IMG/VR virus record: IMGVR_UViG_3300043184_000041
Span: 1-54,939 of that record
Length of the DNA stretch: 54,939 nucleotides
Direction: 5' to 3' (one strand)
Source of the DNA: a virus
Lineage: Duplodnaviria; Caudoviricetes
This document shows positions 27,188 through 36,828 of the stretch, piece after piece. The translations under genes were made by a program, and so were the position numbers. Within the stretch, counting starts at the first letter, position 1, and each line of letters starts with the position of its first letter. The notes under the pieces are model-generated. The model did not search any database. It saw nothing but the letters and a program-made list of their open reading frames with translations, and had not been told where the DNA came from.

Positions 27188-27240
27188 AACCCGGTCGTCA
27201 CGGCTGACTAAGCAGCTTAGTGGCGACCGGGTTTTTCTTC
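27188..27240 (+). terminator. Rho-independent terminator after the capsid gene
   Basis: AACCCGGTCGTCAC...GTGGCGACCGGGTT followed by TTTCTT. Confidence 0.75.
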
Positions 27241-27252
27241 TGGAGAAGCACG

Positions 27253-27639
27253 ATGCCTTTCACGCACACAGTAAGCCGCAACGTGAGCACGCTCGGCACG
27301 TCGGTTGGCGGGTCCGAGACGATCACTGCCGGCGCACAGCTCCTGCTCGACGAACCGATCCCCAACGGCTCGACCAACCTGTCGCTCGTCGGCACTCTCG
27401 ACGTGTCGCAAATCCGCTCTATCTTCATCCTCAGCACCCAGGACGTGGTGCTGGAAACGAACAGCGGCAGCTCTCCGGCCAACACCATCAACCTCGTGGC
27501 CAACAAGCCGTACATCTGGAGCACCGGCGACTACTCGTCCCTGCTGCTCACCACCGACGTGACGGGCTTCTTCGTCACCAACGCCACGGCCAACGTTGCT
27601 ACCTTCACCCTCTACGCACTGTACGACACGACCATCTGA
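27253..27639 (+). CDS. Putative virion protein (Thr/Ser-rich, beta-rich)
   Basis: SD GGAG; composition. Confidence 0.6.
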   Translation: MPFTHTVSRNVSTLGTSVGGSETITAGAQLLLDEPIPNGSTNLSLVGTLDVSQIRSIFILSTQDVVLETNSGSSPANTINLVANKPYIWSTGDYSSLLLTTDVTGFFVTNATANVATFTLYALYDTTI

Positions 27640-27695
27640 CGCTGAGAGCGAGCGACAGAAACTGCCACTACCCAAGTCGTCACCAGGAGCCGGAA

Positions 27696-28001
27696 ATGTT
27701 CGACACGCTGCTCAAAGACCCGAACATGCCCGTCTACATTGTCATGGCGGTCCTGGCCGTGGTCTTGTTCTGGGACAAGATCAAGCCCAAAGCCCAGGCC
27801 ACTACCAGCACGTTGGCGGAGATCACTCGCGCCACGATGGCGACGATGCCAACGGCTCAGCCCGTCGAGGCGGATAAGGACATCGACTGGCGCGAAGCCG
27901 CGTGCTACTGCCGCTGCCTTCAAGCCTATCTCAAGGACGACGCCCCGGCTTCTCAAGCGCTCAAGGAAGTTGTCTGGCCCGCCATCGGGAGTAAGCCGTG
28001 A
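27696..28001 (+). CDS. N-anchored membrane protein
   Basis: N-terminal TM helix; SD AGGAG. Confidence 0.65.
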   Translation: MFDTLLKDPNMPVYIVMAVLAVVLFWDKIKPKAQATTSTLAEITRATMATMPTAQPVEADKDIDWREAACYCRCLQAYLKDDAPASQALKEVVWPAIGSKP

Positions 28002-28411
28002 GCAACCTGACCACCTTGCAGAAGCTGTGCATCCTCGCCTTGGCGTGGCTGATTGTCTCGACGCTTCACAACCGAGGGATGCTGCCCGTAGGGACAGCCC
28101 CCATCGACGCCCCCGGCCTCAACGTCCTGGTAGTCACCGAGCCCAACGGCAAGCTCCCCAGTTCTCAGGTTATCCAGATCAACACGATCACTGACTACGT
28201 CGAAGAACTGGGCGGCCAAGCCCGTGTCATGCGTCCCGGCGAAGCGAGCCCGAACTTCGAGCAGCACTGGCGGGACGCCCTGGCACGGCCTCGAACCACG
28301 CTTCCCTGGCTGATCGTCAGCAACCAAGACGGTCTCAACAGCGGCGGCGTCGAGAAACCTTTGCCCCTGACCTACGAAGAAACGAAGCAGGCCATCCTGT
28401 CCGTCAAGTAG
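27998..28411 (+). CDS. Signal/TM-anchored protein
   Basis: N-terminal hydrophobic helix; GTGA overlap. Confidence 0.6.
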   Translation: MSNLTTLQKLCILALAWLIVSTLHNRGMLPVGTAPIDAPGLNVLVVTEPNGKLPSSQVIQINTITDYVEELGGQARVMRPGEASPNFEQHWRDALARPRTTLPWLIVSNQDGLNSGGVEKPLPLTYEETKQAILSVK

Positions 28412-28451
28412 GCCCAATCTTTCTTTTCAGCAAAGCAGAGAGGGAAAGACC

Positions 28452-29243
28452 GTGGGCTTTACCAGCAACACTTACGGCCAAACGATCTACAGCGGCAACA
28501 ACGTCGCGCGGATCATCAACCCGCCCGCTGGCTTCAGCAAGGGCTACGTCCAGCGCGACTACACGGCCCATCCTTGCGGCTCCTACCGCCGGCTCCCCGA
28601 GTTCCCCCGCAACCTGTACATCCCCCGCAACGAGTGGCGGGCCCGCTGCGAAGAACTCGAAAAGACGGGCTCCCTCGTTTCGCAAAAGCTGCGCAAGCGG
28701 AAGGTTCCCCCCAAGAACCAAGCCAGCACGTCCTACTGCTGGATCAACTGCGTCGTCGCGGCGATGGAAACCCGTCGCTGCATCTCGGGCTTGCCGTACA
28801 TCTCGTTCTCCCCGGCCAGCGCCGGTGCTCCCATCAAGGGCTACCGCAACGTCGGCGGTTGGCCCGCCGAAGGGGCCGAGTACATCATGGAGAACGGCGT
28901 CGCCCCGTCTTCTGTGTGGCCAGACAACGCCATCCAGCGGTCCTACGACAACGCCGAAAGCAGGGAAGCTCGTAAGGCTCACAAAATCGAGCTGGCCTAC
29001 GACCTGCCCGACAAGGACTTCGACGCTTTGTTCTCCTGCCTGCTGCTGGGCTACACCTGCCCCATCGGCCTCTTGTGGTGGATGCACGCCGTCGAAGCGG
29101 TTGACCCCCTCTGCCTTGGCGGTGACGACTTCGGCATCCGCATCAAGAACTCTTGGGGCGACTGGGAAGACGAAGGCTACGGCATCCTGAGCGAAAACAA
29201 GGGAACCCCTGACGACGGGCTCGTCATCGTAGGGGCGTCATGA
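28452..29243 (+). CDS. Papain-like (C1) cysteine peptidase
   Basis: NQASTSYCW (oxyanion Gln, catalytic Cys), MHAV (His), IKNSWG (Asn), WEDEGY. Confidence 0.85.
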   Translation: MGFTSNTYGQTIYSGNNVARIINPPAGFSKGYVQRDYTAHPCGSYRRLPEFPRNLYIPRNEWRARCEELEKTGSLVSQKLRKRKVPPKNQASTSYCWINCVVAAMETRRCISGLPYISFSPASAGAPIKGYRNVGGWPAEGAEYIMENGVAPSSVWPDNAIQRSYDNAESREARKAHKIELAYDLPDKDFDALFSCLLLGYTCPIGLLWWMHAVEAVDPLCLGGDDFGIRIKNSWGDWEDEGYGILSENKGTPDDGLVIVGAS

Positions 29244-29656
29244 ACAACCCCACCGCCATCAAACTCGGTTTGCTGATCGCACTGGCCCTGCTGACCCACG
29301 CCGCCATCACCGGCCCGCGCATCCAGCCCAAGAAACCTGCACTAGCCGGACAGACAGACTTTCCGTGGTCCCTGTCACCCGAAGCCGCGCTGACCGGTCC
29401 TGAAGTCGCCGTCGTTGTTTTCGACTACCAAACCCCGCCCGAGATAACCAACCTGCCAAAGGGGGTGATCGACCGCTACGGTTGGTTGTTCGTGTCCGAG
29501 AAACACTGGGGAGCGTGGGAAGACTCGGTAAAGGGCCGCATCAATCCACACAGCCTAGCGTTTATCAAGAGAGGCGAAGACGGTAAGATATCGCTTCTGG
29601 AGTACAAGGGGGAGGTTTTCCACCCCGTCCCGCAAGAAGCGTCCTTCTACCCGTGA
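29240..29656 (+). CDS. Signal/TM-anchored protein
   Basis: N-terminal hydrophobic helix; ATGA overlap. Confidence 0.6.
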   Translation: MNNPTAIKLGLLIALALLTHAAITGPRIQPKKPALAGQTDFPWSLSPEAALTGPEVAVVVFDYQTPPEITNLPKGVIDRYGWLFVSEKHWGAWEDSVKGRINPHSLAFIKRGEDGKISLLEYKGEVFHPVPQEASFYP

Positions 29657-29663
29657 GGAATCT

Positions 29664-29993
29664 ATGCTGAACCGATTGAAGACCGTCGTGGCCGTCCTTG
29701 CTTTGTTCGCGATCCCCGGCGTGGGGTTTGCGGAGTGGGTCCGAGTCTGCAACGGAGTGACATGCGAATGGGTCTACCGCCCGCCGGTCCGTCGCGTCGC
29801 ACGGGTGAACGTGGTCGTCCCCACAACCACCGTCGTCGAGTCCCCGGTTTTTGCAACCCAAGAGATGGTCACTGTCCGACAGTCCCCCGCTCGCGTAGCG
29901 GTCACAAGAGGCCCTTTCCGCGTCCGTAGGGGCTGGTTCGCTCCGGCCTACAGCAGCTTCGCTCCGGCGGTGACGATTCACACCCACCGCTAA
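29664..29993 (+). CDS. Secreted Val/Arg/Pro-rich protein
   Basis: Signal peptide ending GFA; CNGVTC; SD GAGGA. Confidence 0.65.
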   Translation: MLNRLKTVVAVLALFAIPGVGFAEWVRVCNGVTCEWVYRPPVRRVARVNVVVPTTTVVESPVFATQEMVTVRQSPARVAVTRGPFRVRRGWFAPAYSSFAPAVTIHTHR

Positions 29994-30045
29994 CAGCAAG
30001 TGATAACTCGTTGAGCCTCTGGCCCAAACTGCCGGACCTTGCACC

Positions 30046-30429
30046 ATGTCGCTGCTCCAAAAGTACAAACGACTCGCTCAGGTCAAAGGCGTCGTCCCCC
30101 TCAAGACGGGACCGCTCGACCCGAGCACGTTCTGGCTCAAGCGACGCAAGGTCCGGCAGGAAGAGTTCGACGCCTTCACGCTGGCGTTCGAGGAAATCGC
30201 CCCATCAATCTTGTCACGCTACGACATCAAGAACAAAGAACTCCAAGAGTACATCTGCGAACAGGCGTCCGCTGAAGTCGAAGTCAAGATGCGGAAGCAG
30301 CTCGGCATCATCCCCGAGCTAATCCTGTCCTGGCTGTTCAGGATGCTGCTCACCGCGTTCCTCCAATGGCTGATCGAAGAACTGCTCAATGAGCGACCGA
30401 ACGACTCTTGGAAGCCCCGCAGGAACTAA
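30046..30429 (+). CDS. Hypothetical protein with a C-terminal hydrophobic helix
   Basis: ORF; codon usage. Confidence 0.6.
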   Translation: MSLLQKYKRLAQVKGVVPLKTGPLDPSTFWLKRRKVRQEEFDAFTLAFEEIAPSILSRYDIKNKELQEYICEQASAEVEVKMRKQLGIIPELILSWLFRMLLTAFLQWLIEELLNERPNDSWKPRRN

Positions 30430-30430
30430 C

Positions 30431-30760
30431 ATGCCCGACAACATCAACACGCCCAACTACGTCTTTGGCACGCTCCAAGACGGACGCATGGGCAGCGGGA
30501 GCACCAACGGAAAGGGCCTCTCGATCCGCTGGCACGAAGGCGGCCCTTACGAGCAAGGCAGCAAAACCAACGGCGCACAGACGACCGACGTGATCGAAGC
30601 CGTGATGCAGCGTGTGCGTCACTTCCAAGACAACGACCTATACGCCTGTCGCAACAACCAAGACGCCCTCTACCACCTCGCCAAAGCCCAAGAGCTGTTG
30701 ATGAAGCCCGCCGACACGGCTTCACCCCCCACGCCGTCCGGCGACGGCCCCTACCGCTGA
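30431..30760 (+). CDS. Tad1/Acb2-hairpin-like protein (putative immune-signal sponge)
   Basis: IRWHEGG...NGAQTTDVIEAVMQRVRHFQ...YACRNNQDALYHLAKA resembles the Tad1 core (IxFQxGP...NG...RLxxFQ...CREN..A..KLEEA). Confidence 0.65.
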   Translation: MPDNINTPNYVFGTLQDGRMGSGSTNGKGLSIRWHEGGPYEQGSKTNGAQTTDVIEAVMQRVRHFQDNDLYACRNNQDALYHLAKAQELLMKPADTASPPTPSGDGPYR

Positions 30761-30789
30761 CAACCCTCGCACGCCCACACAGGAACCCC

Positions 30790-30960
30790 ATGAAGATCAA
30801 CGCAGAAGTCATCAAGACGACGTTGGCCCTCTTCGCGCTGGCGTTCTGCTTCGTGTTGTGCGCCGACGCCCTCGACCCCTACGTCTCTCAAGCCCCCGCT
30901 TGCGACTGCCCCTGCGGCCCGGCTTGCCAATGCGGCCCCGACTGCTCCTGCCCCCGTTGA
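30790..30960 (+). CDS. Signal/TM peptide with a metallothionein-like Cys tail (56 aa; not in the ORF track)
   Basis: MKINAEVIKTTLALFALAFCFVLCADA...CDCPCGPACQCGPDCSCPR; SD AGGA. Confidence 0.65.
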   Translation: MKINAEVIKTTLALFALAFCFVLCADALDPYVSQAPACDCPCGPACQCGPDCSCPR

Positions 30961-30998
30961 CCAGCATTTCTTTTCAGAGAACTAGAGAGGGCGGCCCG

Positions 30999-31226
30999 AT
31001 GGACAACCGACTCAAGGCCCTGGTAGCCACTTTCGACGCGATCTGCGCAGCCGGCGTCGCCTTCCTCATCACAGGAGATTTGCGATGCTGCCTGCTTTTC
31101 GTGGCGATCACCTACGGGGTGAACTTGCTGAACCAAGTCGTGTCGTTCCTGCCCAACGACGTAGAGGGACTGTCGTCCGTCCTAGCGACCATCAAGAGTC
31201 TTTGGAAAAGGCTCGCGGGCGGATAA
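30999..31226 (+). CDS. Small two-TM protein (holin-like)
   Basis: Two TM segments and a basic C-terminus. Confidence 0.5.
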   Translation: MDNRLKALVATFDAICAAGVAFLITGDLRCCLLFVAITYGVNLLNQVVSFLPNDVEGLSSVLATIKSLWKRLAGG

Positions 31227-31255
31227 GCTCCAAAGGACAAGAAAGCATTAGCGGT

Positions 31256-31735
31256 ATGCCACAAACTCTTGCTATCCCGATGGCGTTCGCTGGTCTTGCC
31301 GCTGCGTCAGTAGCTGCTCCTATCGGCATCAGCGACGTAGGCTTGGGGCTTATCGACCCCGAGAGCCCGTCGGGGGAACTGCTGCGGAACTGGTCTCTCC
31401 CCCTCACCTGCTTCGCGGGGAGCGTGCTGGGGGGCTTGCTGGCGGTCATCATGGCCGACAAGGACCGCCCCAAGACTTTCCGCTCCGAAGGCATCATCTG
31501 GCTCGGCAGCAGCCTGACAGCCCTCCTGTTCGGCCCTGCGCTCTGCCAAGCCATCCCCTACTTCGGCTTCAAGCTCACCGCCGACAACGTCTTGGCCGTC
31601 TCGGGCCTCATGGGCTTCTTAGCGTGGCCGGCAATGGCCATCGTCCAAACCTACGGCCCTGATCGCATCAAAGACTGGCTGGGCACCCCCTTCAAGAAGA
31701 AGGGGCCCCAAGAGCCAGAGGAAGCCTCCGAATGA
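31256..31735 (+). CDS. Multi-TM holin-like protein
   Basis: 3-4 TM segments and a charged C-terminus. Confidence 0.55.
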   Translation: MPQTLAIPMAFAGLAAASVAAPIGISDVGLGLIDPESPSGELLRNWSLPLTCFAGSVLGGLLAVIMADKDRPKTFRSEGIIWLGSSLTALLFGPALCQAIPYFGFKLTADNVLAVSGLMGFLAWPAMAIVQTYGPDRIKDWLGTPFKKKGPQEPEEASE

Positions 31736-31814
31736 GCTACTGGGACTTACGCAACGACATCACTGAGAAACGGATGGGTCCGCGTCTCGTGGCGATGCGG
31801 AATGGGGGGGCACG

Positions 31815-31910
31815 GTGAGGCGTTTCCTATCCGCTCTCGCTGAGACGTTCTGCTCGCTACTCGTCGCGGCTTACCTACTAGTTCAGTACTTGTTCACACG
31901 GAAGCAATAA
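31815..31910 (+). CDS. Small membrane peptide (31 aa)
   Basis: GTG start; hydrophobic core; TAATG coupling to the next gene. Confidence 0.35.
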   Translation: MRRFLSALAETFCSLLVAAYLLVQYLFTRKQ

Positions 31911-32266
31911 TGCCCGACATCATCGACCCGGAAGACGCGATTGACGCCGGCGGCGTGGTGGCCGGCGTGAACTCGTGGCTCGCGACTGCCCTGGGGCAGA
32001 TCGACCAAGACGTAAGGCTCGGCCAACTCAGTAAGCTCTCAGCCGAGAGCTACTTGGCGTTGCGCGAAAGGATGCCCGCCGAGATGCAGACCAAGACCGG
32101 CATCCGACTTGCGATGGCGTTTCTCGCTCGCGAAGCCGAAGTGATCGAGTCCGACGCTTGGCAGGAGATTGTCTTTGCGGACGGGACCGGGCAGACCGAC
32201 GCCGAAGTACGAGCCAAGATTGATGCGGCGAAGGCTGCGATTCGGGCGGCGATGGGCAGTAAATAA
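31910..32266 (+). CDS. Hypothetical protein
   Basis: Coupled ORF. Confidence 0.6.
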   Translation: MPDIIDPEDAIDAGGVVAGVNSWLATALGQIDQDVRLGQLSKLSAESYLALRERMPAEMQTKTGIRLAMAFLAREAEVIESDAWQEIVFADGTGQTDAEVRAKIDAAKAAIRAAMGSK

Positions 32267-33792
32267 TGGCAAGCGGTTACCAGTTCCACGCCGGGAGTCA
32301 CAACCGTTACTACGCGCTCGCGGCGCGTGGCTCTGGGAACGGCTTGGCGATGGCGGACGCTGCTGTCTGGACCTCGGCCTTTACGGGAGCAGCAGGAACC
32401 CTCGACCACTGGGTTGAACGGCCCAACGACGGAATCTTGCCGCTCGACAGCCCAATCAACCTCACGACCGGCGCCAACACGTCGCCAGGCCACACCGGCC
32501 GGCTGATGGCGTACCACGTCACACCGGGCGACCTTACACCATGCTCCGCGAACAACCCTCGCATCGTTCCGGCGGCGGGGATTACGAGCGGCACAGCGAT
32601 CACAAAGACGGCCGGCACTTCGCTATTGCTGGCGAACTTCGATATTGACTGCGGTTCGCGTGCGGTAACGTGCTTATCGGTCAACTCGGGGGCCTTGCTC
32701 CTTCTCGGCGGGCGATTCACCAACAGTGAGAGCGGGTCGGCAACACCCATCGTGGGCGGCTGGTCAGCGTTATTGTTTATCGACCAATGCCTTGTTTCGG
32801 GCGGAACTTACGGCATTGACCTGAAGGGAGGCCGAATCAGCAGGACGACGGCGATCGTCCTCGGCTCCGGCGATCGGTACCCGATTGCAATGCTGGGAAA
32901 CATCTCCAGTAGCGACCGCTGCTTCGAGTTGTCGAAGTCGCGTATTGATGCGTATGGCTCCCCCAAGCGTAGCCAAAGCGTCTTGGTGGGGAGTTATTCT
33001 CCAGTCTGGGACAATGGCCTCGATACCATCGACCGCTGTTTGTTGACGAACGGCGGAAGCGTCGCCAACAACTCGAACCGCGCCCGCGACTGGCGAGACG
33101 TGGTAGTTGGAAGCCAAACCGTCTCGGTGGCCCCGACGACACCCACGTTCGGACGCGACCGGCAAGGGGTGACGCTGATCTCGTCGCCACTGTTTGGCTT
33201 CGCGGGGGCGGCGACTCTGACGGCAACTCCTGACCTGCGACTGTCAGCAGCCGCGAGACTCAACCGCACCTGCGTTGAGACGATGATCGCCAATCTCGAC
33301 ACGCCTCTCCCGACGGGCTCGCAGCGTGACTCCGCCGCCACGCTCCGCGGCTACCTCGCCGCAATCGACGGTTACGTCCTCCCCCCCGAGCTGACCTTCA
33401 CCGTGATCCCGGTGGCGAGCGTCTCGGCCGAGCGGGTGCTGACCACTACCACGGGGACCGTGACCACCGCCACGGCGGGGGCGGCGACGCTGACCGTCGA
33501 GTGGGAGCAGTTCCTGGCGAGCCAGTGGGAGCTTGTCGATGGGGCGGGCTCGCCACCCTTCACCGGCGTCGCGAACCGCAGCTACCGATCCAAGGTCACG
33601 GCGAGCAAAGCGGGCTTCTCCAGTGTCGTCGCCTACAGCAACCCGGTGCTCGTACCAACACCCGACCAAAAAAACGTAGCCGTCCAAGAAGGGTTTTTCT
33701 TTTCTCAGAGGCTACGCGCCGCACCCCAAGTCATCTACGAACCCGTAGCTGAACTCTCCGACGAAATCCTGTACGGAGAGCTAACAGCATGA
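32266..33792 (+). CDS. Putative tail fibre/spike or other virion protein
   Basis: Gly/Thr/Ser-rich; beta-helix-like middle; Ig-like C-terminal segment. Confidence 0.5.
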   Translation: MASGYQFHAGSHNRYYALAARGSGNGLAMADAAVWTSAFTGAAGTLDHWVERPNDGILPLDSPINLTTGANTSPGHTGRLMAYHVTPGDLTPCSANNPRIVPAAGITSGTAITKTAGTSLLLANFDIDCGSRAVTCLSVNSGALLLLGGRFTNSESGSATPIVGGWSALLFIDQCLVSGGTYGIDLKGGRISRTTAIVLGSGDRYPIAMLGNISSSDRCFELSKSRIDAYGSPKRSQSVLVGSYSPVWDNGLDTIDRCLLTNGGSVANNSNRARDWRDVVVGSQTVSVAPTTPTFGRDRQGVTLISSPLFGFAGAATLTATPDLRLSAAARLNRTCVETMIANLDTPLPTGSQRDSAATLRGYLAAIDGYVLPPELTFTVIPVASVSAERVLTTTTGTVTTATAGAATLTVEWEQFLASQWELVDGAGSPPFTGVANRSYRSKVTASKAGFSSVVAYSNPVLVPTPDQKNVAVQEGFFFSQRLRAAPQVIYEPVAELSDEILYGELTA

Positions 33793-35363
33793 GCACGCAA
33801 ATCCTCGACGGACTGCTCTGCAACGAGCACGGCTTTCCGGTCAACATGGAGTGCGGAATCGTCATCGGGGGTCTTTCCGGTGATAACAGCGTTACTAACC
33901 TCGGCTACAATGTCGAGAATGACGGGGGCTTATCGCTGCTGTACGGGGGCGGCGGCTGGCCCGGAATCTCCAGCTTGTTGCAACGCTGGTCCACAAGCGA
34001 ACTTCCCTTCACTTGGATGTGGGATGTTTGCCCGGGTCCTACCTTCAGTGATATCAACTACGGGGTAAACCCTGGTCGTTGGTACTCCGCTACTTCCTTC
34101 ATCGACGTGCTCGACGACTCGACCGGCTCGCGTAAGCCTTCTTGGCGCGCGACTCCGGGCCCCGGCGTTCCCATCGACACGACTGACCGTTCGGCGATCA
34201 TCCGCTACTGGAAAGAACGACGCCAAGTCGCTGATGACTTTGGGTTGAAGTACGGCCAGTACCACGGCATGCTTCACGACCGCGACTCCATCGCTCTAGC
34301 AGTCGCCGACCCTCCGGCGTGGAGAGCAAAGTGGCAGCGTGTGTTGGCATTCGCTCATGAAGAACTAAAAGCAGACGCTATTGCTTTTGACATAACAGCT
34401 TGGGTTGGCAGTTACTTTGTTCCTGGCAACATTCCCAACCCCACCGTCAGAGAGTTGTTCGAGGAAGCCCTGACCGATGCAATCAAGCGTCGCTACCAAG
34501 ACCCTACTTTCCCTTTAGTTTGCACCGAGCCCCGTCCGTACACTTCAGTCAAAGACAGCGACCCCCGCGCCCAGAACTCACTGCTTGGGCCTGCGGCTCT
34601 TGGTAAACCCAACGGCTCTGTCGGTTACGGCAACTGGAACGACCGCATCTACCACCACAACATCTACGCCCTGCCTCAGTTCCAAGGGGAGACGACTTCC
34701 CAAGAAGAACACCGTACCTTCTGGGCCGACTTTACCAACGACCTGTCCGACAACCCTCAGGCAACCCGCGACATTGTTCGCACGGGCGACGTTCCTCTCT
34801 TTTCGGCGGCTACCCTAGCTTTCGGCACTTGGGGTACAAAGCTCCCACCCAAACAACTAATCACCAACCCCATCGACAGGGTTGTACCCAACCCGCTGAT
34901 CCCGGAGCCTGAAATGCCCGCCCGCATGTCCGTAGCCGGTTTCATGGCCCGCCGGATGCTCGACGAGTTAGTAGACGCCCTCGATGAAAGCTCCCTGGGC
35001 ACCACCGCCGGAACGCTCACCCTCTACAGCGGCCCCCGTCCGGGCCGAACTACCGACCAGCCCAACCCCACCTGTCTCGCCCTGGCCGAGTTCAGGCTTA
35101 GCCTTCCGGCCTTCAGCAACGCCGAACTGACCAACCCAGGGGCTCGGGCAATCGCCAACGTCATGACCCAAATAGGGACGGCCCAAGAAACCGGCGTGGC
35201 GACTTGGTTCCGCGCCCGCAACGGTGAAGACGAAGGCATCATCGACGGCAGCGTCGGCACGGCAGGGTCTGACCTAGTGATGGCGAACACCAACATCACT
35301 GAGGGACAGACGATCACCCCACCGTCTTGGCAAATAACCATGAACGAGAGTGAAGATGTCTAG
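33789..35363 (+). CDS. Putative virion protein with an enzyme-like N-domain and a conserved phage structural C-domain
   Basis: C-terminal GTLTLYSG..P...ATWFR...DGSVGTAGSDL...ITEGQTI module. Confidence 0.55.
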   Translation: MSTQILDGLLCNEHGFPVNMECGIVIGGLSGDNSVTNLGYNVENDGGLSLLYGGGGWPGISSLLQRWSTSELPFTWMWDVCPGPTFSDINYGVNPGRWYSATSFIDVLDDSTGSRKPSWRATPGPGVPIDTTDRSAIIRYWKERRQVADDFGLKYGQYHGMLHDRDSIALAVADPPAWRAKWQRVLAFAHEELKADAIAFDITAWVGSYFVPGNIPNPTVRELFEEALTDAIKRRYQDPTFPLVCTEPRPYTSVKDSDPRAQNSLLGPAALGKPNGSVGYGNWNDRIYHHNIYALPQFQGETTSQEEHRTFWADFTNDLSDNPQATRDIVRTGDVPLFSAATLAFGTWGTKLPPKQLITNPIDRVVPNPLIPEPEMPARMSVAGFMARRMLDELVDALDESSLGTTAGTLTLYSGPRPGRTTDQPNPTCLALAEFRLSLPAFSNAELTNPGARAIANVMTQIGTAQETGVATWFRARNGEDEGIIDGSVGTAGSDLVMANTNITEGQTITPPSWQITMNESEDV

Positions 35364-35697
35364 GCGCAATAACGTCGGCACCATCGGCGGCACTCTAGCC
35401 AACGAAATCTGCTACATCTCGGCCCGCGCTCTTGTGCTGCGCGACGGCGACCTAACCGAACTGCCCGTGGTAACCAGTGAGCAGGCGGACAAGCTAGAAG
35501 TCGTCGCGAACAGTGTTTCCCTGAACGGGGAAGACGCTATAGTGAACGAAGTGCTGCACACGCCCGGCCAGCTCATCAAGTTCAGGCTCCGGCGGCTGGG
35601 CGACGCAGAAGGCGAGTTCGGGTTTTTGGTGTCCCACAAAACCCCCGCCCGCGAAGAGACAACCCGTTTTCAAGTCACGCTAGTCCCGTTCCTGTGA
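35344..35697 (+). CDS. Hypothetical protein (start uncertain)
   Basis: ORF within the operon. Confidence 0.5.
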   Translation, partial: TRVKMSRRNNVGTIGGTLANEICYISARALVLRDGDLTELPVVTSEQADKLEVVANSVSLNGEDAIVNEVLHTPGQLIKFRLRRLGDAEGEFGFLVSHKTPAREETTRFQVTLVPFL

Positions 35698-35703
35698 TGA
35701 CCG

Positions 35704-36426
35704 ATGGGCCATACAGCCCTTACTAACGACGCAGCCTTGGTGGGCCGTTGGGCCTCTCTCGGCGGCAACAACATTACCAACTCGGTGGCCGGCAAGCCTA
35801 CGCCTACATGGAACGGCACGGGAGCCTACCTACCCAAGCCGGCAGGAGTCCCGGTCGCAGGAGCCAGCTTTGACCTGAGCGGGTCGAACTACATCAACTG
35901 CGGCAACCTTGCCGTCACCGGCAACCAAGTCACCTACTGCGGCTGGGTGTACGACGAAAACGCATCCGGGGGTTCCGACCCCATCTTCTACGACCGCACG
36001 TCCAACTGCGGCCTGCACACGTCAACCGACGCGGCTCGTTGGGGCTACACCTGGAATGGCTTGGGCTTCGGCTGGCTTGGCGGTCCGCTGCGTGTAATCA
36101 ACGAGTGGGTATTCATCTCCCTCACGATCAGCGACTCTACCTTCCGCGCCCGCATCCGGGTAAAAACCCTGAACGGAACCACCACAACAGGAGAGACTGT
36201 CGCAGGGTTCCCGTCTGTTGCTTACGCGCCCGACCTAAAGATTGGTGCCGACACCATACTGGGTGACCGCCGCTTCGTCGGCAACCTCAACGACCTGCGC
36301 ATGTACAGCCGAGTCTTGAGCGACGCCGATCTCGACACGATCTGGGCAGCGACAAACAACTTCGACAAAAGGCTTGCCCGCGGACTGAGCTGGGGCAACA
36401 CACTGGCAAGAAATCTAGGAGCATGA
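35704..36426 (+). CDS. LamG/concanavalin A-like lectin domain protein
   Basis: VTYCGWV, NEWVFISLT, LKIGA, FVGNLNDLRMYSRVLS. Confidence 0.85.
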   Translation: MGHTALTNDAALVGRWASLGGNNITNSVAGKPTPTWNGTGAYLPKPAGVPVAGASFDLSGSNYINCGNLAVTGNQVTYCGWVYDENASGGSDPIFYDRTSNCGLHTSTDAARWGYTWNGLGFGWLGGPLRVINEWVFISLTISDSTFRARIRVKTLNGTTTTGETVAGFPSVAYAPDLKIGADTILGDRRFVGNLNDLRMYSRVLSDADLDTIWAATNNFDKRLARGLSWGNTLARNLGA

Positions 36427-36779
36427 CTATGTTGCTGTTCGACTCCGCCCCCGAAGTGAGAACGGGGACTACTTTCCTAATCACTTCCTGGCCCATCGAC
36501 ATCGGCCTCGAAGCAGCGGCGCTAAGCCTCGGCGGCGGCAAAATCGTCATCCGCTTGCACCGGGTGATTTACATCTCAATCAACAATCCACCTCAAGGCG
36601 GCAACCGGCTGACCCCCACCTTCGGGCCCCCAATCCCGGTCATGGAGTTCACCAGCACCGACGTAGACGAGAGCCGCCTCGCCAAGAAGCTGGACCGATC
36701 CGGCGGCACCTACGGCATTTCGGTGGCGCACGTCGGCGGCGACATCGCCACAGCAGAAGTGACCGTCTACATCCTGTAA
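36423..36779 (+). CDS. Hypothetical protein
   Basis: SD AGGAG; ATGA overlap. Confidence 0.6.
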   Translation: MTMLLFDSAPEVRTGTTFLITSWPIDIGLEAAALSLGGGKIVIRLHRVIYISINNPPQGGNRLTPTFGPPIPVMEFTSTDVDESRLAKKLDRSGGTYGISVAHVGGDIATAEVTVYIL

Positions 36780-36828
36780 CCCCGCCGCACAGCCTTTCTT
36801 TTCAGAGAAATCAGCAGGGCCTAAGCAA

